Assembly: GCA_029862085.1 (NCBI GenBank)
Contig: JAOTXZ010000005.1
Location: forward strand, 3,751-67,750
Direction: 5' to 3'
Source of the DNA: Nitrosopumilus sp.
GTDB lineage: Archaea > Thermoproteota > Nitrososphaeria > Nitrososphaerales > Nitrosopumilaceae
DNA: 64,000 nucleotides
Positions 35,645 to 44,139 of the stretch are shown here, in pieces. The notes beneath the pieces are model-generated. The model worked only from the letters and a program-made list of their open reading frames with translations. It had not been told where the DNA came from and made no database searches. Within the stretch, counting starts at the first letter, position 1. Each line of letters starts with the position of its first letter. Position numbers and translations under genes: made by a program.

Positions 35645-36301
35645 TTGGGGTTAAGAGATATCGGATTAAAAGAGGAATATCGCTCAGATAGAGAAGATAT
35701 TGTGGCTGAATTTTTCTTTCCTTGTCTTAGTCACTGTATAGAATACGATAGATGTGTGGATTTCTTGTCAGTTCAGACATTGGCTACTATTGCAATGGCT
35801 TTTGATAATTTTTCGTCAGGAAAAGCCAAACTACGAATGGTAACAGGTCATAGATTCAAAACCCAAGAACTTGGAATTTTGACCAGACTTTTTTCTGAAA
35901 AATATACCAAAAGATTTGACGGAAAACTAATCAAAGACTCAAAAATTCAAAAACTTCAAGACATTGTAAATACCGGACAAATTGAAATTAAAGTTGCAAT
36001 TCCAAGATCGGAACAAATTACAAATTCCTTTTCTGAAAGAATTGGGTTGTTTTTGGATGAGCATGACCAAATGGTTGCATTTACTGGAACATCAAAAGAA
36101 TCCTTTTCAATAGAATCTAGAGATTTTGAGTCAGTAGATGTTTTTACATCTTGGAACGATAAATCAAGAGTGGAAAGGAAAAGAAAAGATTTTGAAGAAT
36201 TGTGGGAAAACAAAACAAAGTATGTGGAAGTACATGATTTTATGTGGGCGGAGGAAAATAATTTGTTAAAGTTTTCATCCGAATGGGCTTTCAATATTTA
36301 A
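35645..36301 (+). CDS. stand-alone PLD-like (HKD-fold) domain protein with degenerate catalytic signature
   Basis: EYRSDREDIVAEFFFPCLSHCIEYDRCVDFLS and FSERIGLFLDEHDQMVAFTGTSKES...FESVDVFTSW resemble the N-terminal PLD-like module fused to SF2 helicases. SER and GTSK replace the expected HxK and GSxN. Confidence 0.45.
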   Translation: MGLRDIGLKEEYRSDREDIVAEFFFPCLSHCIEYDRCVDFLSVQTLATIAMAFDNFSSGKAKLRMVTGHRFKTQELGILTRLFSEKYTKRFDGKLIKDSKIQKLQDIVNTGQIEIKVAIPRSEQITNSFSERIGLFLDEHDQMVAFTGTSKESFSIESRDFESVDVFTSWNDKSRVERKRKDFEELWENKTKYVEVHDFMWAEENNLLKFSSEWAFNI

Positions 36302-36861
36302 ATTTCAAAGGATTCCTCTAACCTAGATTTATTTTCATAAAAATTCATTCTATTAATTTTGTAATAGATTACCTCCCCTCTTCTTTCTATAACTGCAATA
36401 ATAGGTTCTTTTCCCATTTGAGTAATTTGTTCAATTTTTTTTTGGAGGTTTCCCATTTTTTCTTGTTGTCCCTCATTAAGACCAAAGATTAGAAATTTTG
36501 CACCCTTTTCACCAAAATGTCCCCTCTCGTAAACGCGAAAATCAGAACCAAAGCCAAATCCATCTTTTACAACATAGCCTCGATTTCTCAGATCTCTGTA
36601 AATTAAAAATTTTGTAAGAGATTCTGGATCCTGTTTCTGGCAAATAATCATCAAGTCATCAAATTCAATTTTTTTCTTATTTTTTTTTAGAATTAATTTA
36701 GCAGAATAAAGCAGGTACAAGGATTCAAAAAAATTTAGTGTTAATTGATTATTTTCAAGTTCTCCATATCCCTTGAGATCAAGTTCATGAATCATTTCTT
36801 TATTAGAAATCTTGGTTCGACCAGCAATCAATTCACCTTCAACTAGAGGAGTGTCATCCAT
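36298..36861 (-). CDS. endA: tRNA-splicing endonuclease subunit
   Basis: C-terminal catalytic-domain pattern YRDLRNRGYVVKDGFGFGSDFRVY. 187 aa. Confidence 0.82.
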   Translation of the reverse strand: MDDTPLVEGELIAGRTKISNKEMIHELDLKGYGELENNQLTLNFFESLYLLYSAKLILKKNKKKIEFDDLMIICQKQDPESLTKFLIYRDLRNRGYVVKDGFGFGSDFRVYERGHFGEKGAKFLIFGLNEGQQEKMGNLQKKIEQITQMGKEPIIAVIERRGEVIYYKINRMNFYENKSRLEESFEI

Positions 36862-36968
36862 AATGAAACTAAATCCAAAAGATTTCCATATTTATGTTGA
36901 CAAAAATCAATTATTATTCAAATTTTTCTAGAGGGAAAATAATTCAGAATCAAGTAATTTCGGTAAAA

Positions 36969-37244
36969 TTATGCTATAATAATCTCAGTTTTGTAGGATT
37001 CTTGTGAGGACATACCTCCATTACCAGGGTCTATCTTTTGTTTTGGATTCAAGGATGTATCATGATGACAGGATTTGTGACAAACAGGGCAGAACTTTCT
37101 ATCCAGAGATATACACTGACATATGTGGTTTTTCACGTAAGATTGGGCTGCAATATTCCATTCTCCTGTCCCATTGCAGTAGACACATTCGTAAAATGAT
37201 GATTTACCAACCCCTTTACAAAAATCACAAATGTCATCTTTCAT
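36969..37244 (-). CDS. Cys/His-rich zinc-finger protein (DnaJ-type CxxCxGxG repeats)
   Basis: CDFCKGVGK and CVYCNGTGE, plus CQC, CPVC and CHH. Confidence 0.6.
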   Translation of the reverse strand: MKDDICDFCKGVGKSSFYECVYCNGTGEWNIAAQSYVKNHICQCISLDRKFCPVCHKSCHHDTSLNPKQKIDPGNGGMSSQESYKTEIIIA

Positions 37245-37391
37245 GTCTTCCTATCGCCCTTCCTACAATCCTTAGCTCATCAATATATTTGCAGAGATAA
37301 AAAGAGATTGGTTAAATCCTAATTTGGAAAAAATCTTTGGAATAATGGTTGTCTAACCGTTAAAATATGGGCATTTTTGTTTTAGGATATC

Positions 37392-37898
37392 ATGCATGGT
37401 GCTAATTATAGAGATGGAACTGGACAACCATTTACTCGAAAAAAATACATCAAAGGTAAGCCACAAATAAAAATTGCAAAATTTCAGGGTGGAAAAAAAG
37501 CAAATTATGAATATTGTGTACAACTACTCATGAATGAAAAAGTCCAGATTAGACACATGGCAATCGAAGCATGTAGATTATCAGCAAACAAAACCTTAGA
37601 AAAAACTACCGGAGAATCTGGATATTATTCTAGATTACGGATTTATCCGCACAACCTTCTTAGAGAAAATAAAATGATTGCAGCTGCTGGTGCAGATAGA
37701 CTTCAGGAGGGCATGAGAAGAGCATGGGGAAAAGCTGTGAGTCTCGGAGCTAGAGTGCGGCAAGGACAATGCATAATGGAATTATATGTTAATGGTCCTC
37801 ATGTAGAGGCTGCAAAAAAAGCACTGAAAGGTGCATGTGTCAAATTACCTGGAACACCAACTATTAAAATAATTGAATATGGAAAACCATCACCATAG
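37392..37898 (+). CDS. rpl10e: 50S ribosomal protein L10e (uL16)
   Basis: Full-length match to the L10e pattern (RKKYIKGKPQIKIAKF..., ...RLRIYPHNLLRENKM). Confidence 0.95.
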   Translation: MHGANYRDGTGQPFTRKKYIKGKPQIKIAKFQGGKKANYEYCVQLLMNEKVQIRHMAIEACRLSANKTLEKTTGESGYYSRLRIYPHNLLRENKMIAAAGADRLQEGMRRAWGKAVSLGARVRQGQCIMELYVNGPHVEAAKKALKGACVKLPGTPTIKIIEYGKPSP

Positions 37899-38153
37899 AT
37901 TTTCAAAATTAGATTTCTTACTCTTTACAAATTCTACAAATTCGCAAAATTCTTCCGCTGTTGGTTCCCGATTTAGAATTCTTTTTGATTGATAGTAAAA
38001 GGAATTATAAATTCTTCCAACAATGATTCCGAGTACAAATGATCTTGAATCATCCATGCTTGAAAGGGATTGAAAAAGTTGTTTTATTTCATTTTTGTTG
38101 GAAATAGTTTCTTGAATTTTTTCTTCAATTTTATTTTTTAAAATTTTGTCCAC
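37890..38153 (-). CDS. hypothetical protein
   Basis: 87-aa ORF converging on rpl10e with a 9-nt overlap. Confidence 0.4.
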   Translation of the reverse strand: MDKILKNKIEEKIQETISNKNEIKQLFQSLSSMDDSRSFVLGIIVGRIYNSFYYQSKRILNREPTAEEFCEFVEFVKSKKSNFENLW

Positions 38154-38216
38154 TGTTTGTATTGTATGAAATAGTTAAAAACAGTTTAATAGCCAAATCC
38201 GTTTCTCATGATTGTT

Positions 38217-38290
38217 GCAGTTATAGTACAGTCTGGTTAGTACTCGTGCTTGCCAAGTACGTGACCCGGGTTCAAATCCCGGTAACTGCA
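38217..38290 (+). tRNA. tRNA-Gly (anticodon GCC), CCA encoded at 38291..38293
   Basis: Hand-folded: acceptor GCAGTTA/TAACTGC, anticodon stem CGTGC/GTACG, loop TTGCCAA, T arm CCGGG-TTCAAAT-CCCGG. Confidence 0.92.
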
Positions 38291-38294
38291 CCAC

Positions 38295-38726
38295 CTATTT
38301 GTTCTCAGATTGTTTTATTCCCTGCTCGATAATTTCAAGAGCATCTTCTGCCTTTTCAGGTTTAGGTAATTGAATCATAAACACGTTATCCTTCCCATAA
38401 GATGATTTTGGCGATGATAACGCAAGCATGGAGGTTTTTGCCAGGGATTGAAAAAATATAATATCTTTATTGGCATTTACTAGAATTTTTTCTTCAATTC
38501 CGCCCTGAGAAAATGTTAATGCAATTTCAACAAAGACATGACCCAATCCATCTTGCAAAATGTTAAGATCAGTGTTTATTGAAAGTGGTTTTCCTGCAAC
38601 CCTTGACAAAATTTCATCGTATTTTTTTTCTTCCATGATAATACATGGTATCGGTTCGCCATCAAAATCAAAAATAGTAATTCCTTCATGCACCTGTTCT
38701 AGTAATTTTTTGAGTTCTTCAGACAT
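38295..38726 (-). CDS. hypothetical protein downstream of the antiporter ORF (8-nt overlap with this start)
   Basis: The tracked ORF starts at 38759. The ATG at 38726 (MSEELKK...) leaves only an 8-nt overlap with the antiporter stop. Confidence 0.5.
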   Translation of the reverse strand: MSEELKKLLEQVHEGITIFDFDGEPIPCIIMEEKKYDEILSRVAGKPLSINTDLNILQDGLGHVFVEIALTFSQGGIEEKILVNANKDIIFFQSLAKTSMLALSSPKSSYGKDNVFMIQLPKPEKAEDALEIIEQGIKQSENK

Positions 38727-40059
38727 CTTTTTCTTGCAAAGCTGGGACAATTTTGTCACTTGCTTTTACCAAAAATGGGGAGATAAAAGCAGTGATAATC
38801 GAAATAACTCCGATTAATGGGAATAAAAAGGCGCTTACTGCCCCAATGTCAACTCCTGTTTTAACAATTACAATAGAGAATTCCCCTCTTGGTGCAGCCA
38901 ACGCAAAGGCCGAACGGAGAGATTTTCCACGTTTTTGTCTGAACAAGAAATTCCCAAGCATGTTTCCTCCAAATTTCATACCAATTGTAACTGCAATCAA
39001 AGCAAGAGCGATGTAAATGTAATTTTCAAGCTGAGAAACATCCATCAAAGCACCTACAGAAATAAAGAAAATTGCTACAAACATATCTTTGATTGGACTT
39101 GATAATATTTTTGCCACTTCGGCAGATTTTGATTCTGCAACAAGCACTCCTGCTAAAAAGGCTCCAATTGCTACTGACAGTCCGACAATATTAGCCAAAA
39201 GTGAATATCCAAAGCAAACACCAAGGACACTCAAAAGTAATATTTCTCGGTGTTCTGATGCTGCCACTCTATCAATTAAAGGTGGAATTATTCTTGTACC
39301 TACGGTAAATGTACCAATAATCAATCCAGCCGCAACTAGAACCACCACCAAGACGGATTCGATTGAAACAGATCCCACTAGAGCAATAGACTGCAAAGAT
39401 GAAATTAAAATTACAGCGATAACGTCTTCTACAATCAAAATACCTAAAACAAGAATAGAGGATTCGCTCTTAATTCGTCCCATCTCCTCAAATATTTTCA
39501 CAATAACTGCAGTGCTGGAAATTGAAAGAGCAGCAGAAATGAATAATGAATCCATAAAATTCAATCCTAGTGCAGTTGCAGAATAAAATACAACTCCCAG
39601 TGTAGAAAGTAACCCAATGGTGCCAACCCCCATGGCTACTCGACCAATACTTTTGATCTTAGCATATGGAAACTCAATTCCAATTACAAATAAAAGTAAA
39701 ATTACACCAATTTCTGCAAACAAGTTTAAAGCAGAAATATCAGATAAAATTCCCACACTGCCAATTATTCCGGATGAAGGACCACCATCAGGAAGGATCC
39801 AAGCCCAAAGTGGCGATAAGGGGCCTATAAGCATTCCAGCAAAAAGATAACCAATGATCAAGGGTTGTTTAATTTTGAAAAATGCAAGTGTTACTATCGC
39901 ACCAATTATCATGATAAAAGCTAAATCAGTTACAAAAGTAGTGTGTGGAAGTTCTGGAGTAATTTGTTCAATCACATTTGAAACTGTTTCATTCAATGAT
40001 TGTTGAATTCCATCAGATTCAATTTGTAAAACAAAATTTTGCATGATATGATTCAACAA
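38719..40059 (-). CDS. CPA2-family cation/proton antiporter
   Basis: 12-13 hydrophobic segments. KQPLIIGYLFAGMLIGP signature region. Confidence 0.88.
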   Translation of the reverse strand: MLNHIMQNFVLQIESDGIQQSLNETVSNVIEQITPELPHTTFVTDLAFIMIIGAIVTLAFFKIKQPLIIGYLFAGMLIGPLSPLWAWILPDGGPSSGIIGSVGILSDISALNLFAEIGVILLLFVIGIEFPYAKIKSIGRVAMGVGTIGLLSTLGVVFYSATALGLNFMDSLFISAALSISSTAVIVKIFEEMGRIKSESSILVLGILIVEDVIAVILISSLQSIALVGSVSIESVLVVVLVAAGLIIGTFTVGTRIIPPLIDRVAASEHREILLLSVLGVCFGYSLLANIVGLSVAIGAFLAGVLVAESKSAEVAKILSSPIKDMFVAIFFISVGALMDVSQLENYIYIALALIAVTIGMKFGGNMLGNFLFRQKRGKSLRSAFALAAPRGEFSIVIVKTGVDIGAVSAFLFPLIGVISIITAFISPFLVKASDKIVPALQEKDV

Positions 40060-40207
40060 TTTTATTTAAAAACAGTTGTGCTTCTGAAAGAGTTTTAAAA
40101 TTTGGGCTCATGAATTTCAAAACGACATTTCAATTAAGAATGTCTTGATGTTTTTGAAAATTTAATATGTTTTGAAGGTCTTTATGCCTATTAGTTATGG
40201 TTCAATC

Positions 40208-40269
40208 GCAGAGTGATGAGTAGGTCAGCTGAAAAAAATGTAGAAAAATGACCTGGGGTATCTGACTGC
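40208..40269 (+). ncRNA. candidate box C/D sRNA
   Basis: GCAG-a-GTGATGA (C box, 40213..40219) ... CTGA (D', 40229..40232) ... CTGA (D, 40262..40265)-CTGC, with a terminal 4-bp stem. The C' box is degenerate and the guide spacers (9-10 nt) are shorter than the usual 12. Confidence 0.35.
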
Positions 40270-40302
40270 AAAATCGGTAATTGTAAGATTACCCGCGTAT
40301 TA

Positions 40303-40327
40303 ATAGTACGGTACCATACCGTACTAT
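40303..40327. promoter_or_regulatory. 25-bp perfect palindrome ATAGTACGGTA-CCA-TACCGTACTAT
   Basis: 11-bp arms and a 3-nt spacer. Ends 1 nt before the ATG at 40328. Unusually GC-containing for this intergenic region. Confidence 0.5.
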
Positions 40328-40435
40328 ATGATTCAATGTGAATTTTGTCCTCAAGGATTTATTGAGACAGCAAATGGTCTTGCCGAAAAGACCTTTCATG
40401 AGTTACTACATGAACCAAACGTTGTCAATAAGTAA
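40328..40435 (+). CDS. possible 35-aa C2H2-like zinc-finger mini-protein
   Basis: Hand-translated as MIQCEFCPQGFIETANGLAEKTFHELLHEPNVVNK (C-x2-C-x16-H-x3-H). Below the ORF-track cutoff. Confidence 0.3.
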   Translation: MIQCEFCPQGFIETANGLAEKTFHELLHEPNVVNK

Positions 40436-40496
40436 CTCTTTACACCTTTTATTTTAGACCCAACTTTTTTATCATAATATTTTTTATTCAAAATAT

Positions 40497-42020
40497 ATGT
40501 CAACCAAAACATCTAAGAAGAAGACTTTGAAACCATCCAAGAAAAAAACAAAACCTTCCAGTAAATCAACAATTGTAAAGCGAGAACCTACCCCAGCAGT
40601 TGTTTTAAAAAAAGTTGCCGCAGTTTCTGATTCCACGAAAGCACTACAAAAAGAGATTAAAGCAATGTCTAAAATTTTTAGTGAAAATCAAAAAGTCCTC
40701 GTGTCCATGAAAGGAATGATTGATACCTTAACTTCCACGTTAGAAAATATTCAAAAACAATCCAAACGAATCAACATAATTGAAGATGATACTCAGAAAC
40801 TCTATGCAGGATTAAATCAGGTTAGAACCCAATCCAACCTGGTTACAAAAATTAATGATCAGACATCCAAACTACAAGATGAAGTAAACAAATTAAACAA
40901 TATACAAAAGTCATATCCCAAACCGGAAGTATTATCCCAGAAAGTTGAAGATAGTATAAACTCCAACCGCAATAATTCTCAAATGATTATCAAGATAGCC
41001 CAAAGAATTGATGAGGTTAGAGATGATTTACGTAATATTTCTGGTAAAACAGATTCGGTATTGAATGTTGGCCAAGAAATTGAAGGATTAAAAAACTCAA
41101 TTCAATCCATCTCAGGAAAAACTGAAAGTATTGAATCATCATCTCAAACAATTTCCCATTTAAAGAAAGAATTAGAAAGAGTTGTAGAGAGAACAGGATC
41201 TTTTTCCAATTTGAATTCTGAGCTTAATTTGATAAAATCAACAATCGATTCAATTTCAGGAAAAGCAGCGAAGATAGATTCACTGGGAGGGGTAATTGAT
41301 GGCCTAAAACAACAATTTGCAAACGTAGCTGCTAAAACTCAGACAATTTCGGATTTTGGCGGAAAAATAGACAGAATTGAGACAGAATTGGGTGCTCTTG
41401 CTCATCGAGCAGATTCCACAGCATTTGTGGGTGAGGGATTAAAAACAGTTCAAGAAAATTTTGCAGATTTTAAAAATAATGTTTTTGATAAAACCAATAC
41501 AATCGAACAAAAGGTTTCTTCAATTAATGAACTGCTGAAAACTCAAGATGCATTGTCTGCAGAATTTCATAAAAAAACCGATAAGGTATTTCAAGAATTG
41601 CAATCAGTCAAAAATGTCACAAACAAGGTATCCACTGATACTTCAAAAGAGATGATGGCATTACTAAAACTCTCAGAATATCAATCAACTATACGAATGC
41701 AAGCAGAGTCAAAGTACGGGGAGACAAAAGATCTTGAAAATATGGCGACTCAAACAGCCAACATTGTAAATCTATTTGATAGACTATCAATAGAAGCAAG
41801 TGACAAGATTCCATTACCGCATGAAGTTAGACAATGGGCAGTAAGTAAGATCCTAGATTGTGCAGATAAATGGGAAATTAGATTTAGTGATGTATTATCA
41901 ATTTTGGTTAATGCTATAGGACGAGATCTTTTAAAAGAATCAATCAGAGTTCATCAAATAAGAGACATCTATGGAATTAGAGCAGTTGATGAAATTCGAA
42001 AAGAGCTAAATATTACCTAA
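40497..42020 (+). CDS. long coiled-coil protein with Lys-rich N-terminus and internal ISGK(T/A) repeats
   Basis: 507 aa. The first ~35 aa are K/S/T/P-rich. Recurring units ...ISGKTDSV..., ...ISGKTESI..., ...ISGKAAKI..., ...AAKTQTI... Confidence 0.7.
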   Translation: MSTKTSKKKTLKPSKKKTKPSSKSTIVKREPTPAVVLKKVAAVSDSTKALQKEIKAMSKIFSENQKVLVSMKGMIDTLTSTLENIQKQSKRINIIEDDTQKLYAGLNQVRTQSNLVTKINDQTSKLQDEVNKLNNIQKSYPKPEVLSQKVEDSINSNRNNSQMIIKIAQRIDEVRDDLRNISGKTDSVLNVGQEIEGLKNSIQSISGKTESIESSSQTISHLKKELERVVERTGSFSNLNSELNLIKSTIDSISGKAAKIDSLGGVIDGLKQQFANVAAKTQTISDFGGKIDRIETELGALAHRADSTAFVGEGLKTVQENFADFKNNVFDKTNTIEQKVSSINELLKTQDALSAEFHKKTDKVFQELQSVKNVTNKVSTDTSKEMMALLKLSEYQSTIRMQAESKYGETKDLENMATQTANIVNLFDRLSIEASDKIPLPHEVRQWAVSKILDCADKWEIRFSDVLSILVNAIGRDLLKESIRVHQIRDIYGIRAVDEIRKELNIT

Positions 42021-44086
42021 ACACCAGGAGTCTCATCATAAGCAGCCATTTGATCCTTCTTTCGTTTAAGGGCTGCAAAGATGCCAATAATAATTGCAAT
42101 CCACAATGTGCTGAAGACAATATTTGATACGCTCACGTATGAATAAGGTGTGGCATCCATGATGTTTATTTTGAGCATTTTTGCTTGTTCGTTGATATCC
42201 AGCATTCCAGTGTGAAAGGCAGAACTGTCTCTAGGAACAACTGAGATTTTTGCCAGGGTTGAGATCATTGAATCTACATCACTTTCAATCCTTAGGAAAT
42301 TTGTGGATTCTGTGGGAAATATCCAAACTGGATTTTTTCCAACTATTTCCCCATCCTCATTTGTTGTCTGAGCCATATCTTCCGTTACTATTGCCAAATC
42401 TTGCTTTATCGCAACCAGATGAGTTTGGATTGCTTCAGGGTCAGAAGAACCCACTATTCCATCAAAGTGACCTCGAATTCTATCAAGTGGATAAATATCC
42501 TCGTTATAACCGTAGATTGCCATAAAACCTCCAAAGACAATAACGGCAATCATTCCAATCATAGAAATTGCATAAATCTTATTTGCCATTTTTTCTTCCT
42601 TTGTAAGAGTTCGTGATGGGCTGGATTTATTTCTTTTAAATCGCGTATGGGAGAGACTCATGAAGGCAATAAAGAAAAATCCTACCGTTTGAAGTGCAAT
42701 AATTGGTGCAAAAAAAGGATTGTTTGAATAAATTGAGATTAAAATTCCCATTAACCCATATACGCCAAAAAAGATCTCAAGCAGCGTAGTTTTTGTAAAA
42801 GGTAAATTGTATGCCTTGTCTCGCCAGTCATCTTGTTTGTTTATAATTCCGTATTTTGGGGTTCTCAAAAACTCATTCTTTTTTCCAAGGACAGCATCAA
42901 ACACTGCCACTGTATTGTTTACTGACATTCCAGCATTGTAAACTATCAAGGAGGGTAAAATTTTGGCTTTTGATTTCCAAGATTTGTGATACATTTTTTG
43001 CATTATCAAAAGGTATGCTCCTGGACCCATAGCAAGATATGTTGCAATAGTCAAAGCTGGGATAAGACTAACCACATAGAGATTGATGTCACCTGCTAAA
43101 AGAATAGGTAATGCCAAAAATTGTATCAACATTAATGGATAAACAACATGACGGGTTAATTGAATAAAGGCCTGAATTTTCGCTTCAATTGCAATTTTTC
43201 TTTTAATTGCTATGCCTCCAAGAAGTTTGATTGCGCATTGTATTGATCCTTTAGCCCATCGAAATTGTTGTCGTTTTGCTCCGTTCATTTGAACCGGAAG
43301 TTCTGCATCAACTACGATATCTGGCAAGAAAACGCATTTCCATCCTTTCATTTGTGCCCTATAACTCAAATCCAAATCTTCTACAAGCGTTGCAGTATGC
43401 CATCCTCCAGCATCATCAATACAATCACGCTTCCAAATTCCAGCGGTTCCATTAAAGTTCATAAACAAATGAGAATTACTTTTTGCTGTTTGTTCAATCA
43501 AAAAGTGAAAGTCAAGACTCAAGGCTTGAGCCTTTGTGATTGTTGAATAGTTTTCATTTACGTGGCCCCATCTGCATTGAACTAGTCCAATATTTGGTTT
43601 GGAAAAATGTGGAATCGCCCGTTTAAGAAACCACTCTGGGGGAATAAAATCTGCATCAAAGATTGCCACATATTCTGTATCAGTAATCTGCATTGCATAT
43701 TTGAGGGCGCCGGCTTTGTACCCTTTTCGAGTCCCTCTCCTAATATGTTCAATTTGAAAACCTTGTTTTTTGTAATCTTTAACTGCATCAGCTAAAAGTT
43801 CAACTGTATCATCATCAGAGTCATCCAAGACCATAATTTTCATTTTTTCTTTAGGATAGTCTAATCCACATACAGAATCAACCAGTCGCTTTGCAACATA
43901 TTTTTCATTATAAATTGGAAGTTGGATAGTAACTGTTGGATTTCCCAAGTCAATAGTAGTTAAAACTTCTTTCCTCCTGACGGAAAGAAACGTAAGATAG
44001 TAAAAGTTGACAGTATAAGCTGTAATAATAATAGCTGATATGATAAACAAATCAAACACAAATGCGGTGAAAGGATTAATTGCCAT
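42017..44086 (-). CDS. processive family-2 glycosyltransferase (cellulose-synthase/CslA-like) with C-terminal extension
   Basis: VLDDSDD, IFDADF, VEDLDLS and QQFRWAKG motifs, with TM helices before and after the catalytic domain. A ~200-aa extra C-terminal region ends in a TM helix. Confidence 0.88.
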   Translation of the reverse strand: MAINPFTAFVFDLFIISAIIITAYTVNFYYLTFLSVRRKEVLTTIDLGNPTVTIQLPIYNEKYVAKRLVDSVCGLDYPKEKMKIMVLDDSDDDTVELLADAVKDYKKQGFQIEHIRRGTRKGYKAGALKYAMQITDTEYVAIFDADFIPPEWFLKRAIPHFSKPNIGLVQCRWGHVNENYSTITKAQALSLDFHFLIEQTAKSNSHLFMNFNGTAGIWKRDCIDDAGGWHTATLVEDLDLSYRAQMKGWKCVFLPDIVVDAELPVQMNGAKRQQFRWAKGSIQCAIKLLGGIAIKRKIAIEAKIQAFIQLTRHVVYPLMLIQFLALPILLAGDINLYVVSLIPALTIATYLAMGPGAYLLIMQKMYHKSWKSKAKILPSLIVYNAGMSVNNTVAVFDAVLGKKNEFLRTPKYGIINKQDDWRDKAYNLPFTKTTLLEIFFGVYGLMGILISIYSNNPFFAPIIALQTVGFFFIAFMSLSHTRFKRNKSSPSRTLTKEEKMANKIYAISMIGMIAVIVFGGFMAIYGYNEDIYPLDRIRGHFDGIVGSSDPEAIQTHLVAIKQDLAIVTEDMAQTTNEDGEIVGKNPVWIFPTESTNFLRIESDVDSMISTLAKISVVPRDSSAFHTGMLDINEQAKMLKINIMDATPYSYVSVSNIVFSTLWIAIIIGIFAALKRKKDQMAAYDETPGV

Positions 44087-44139
44087 TCCCTAGCTTTTCA
44101 AACTGTTTACTGGCTATTTATAGTTGCAAATATTTGGAT

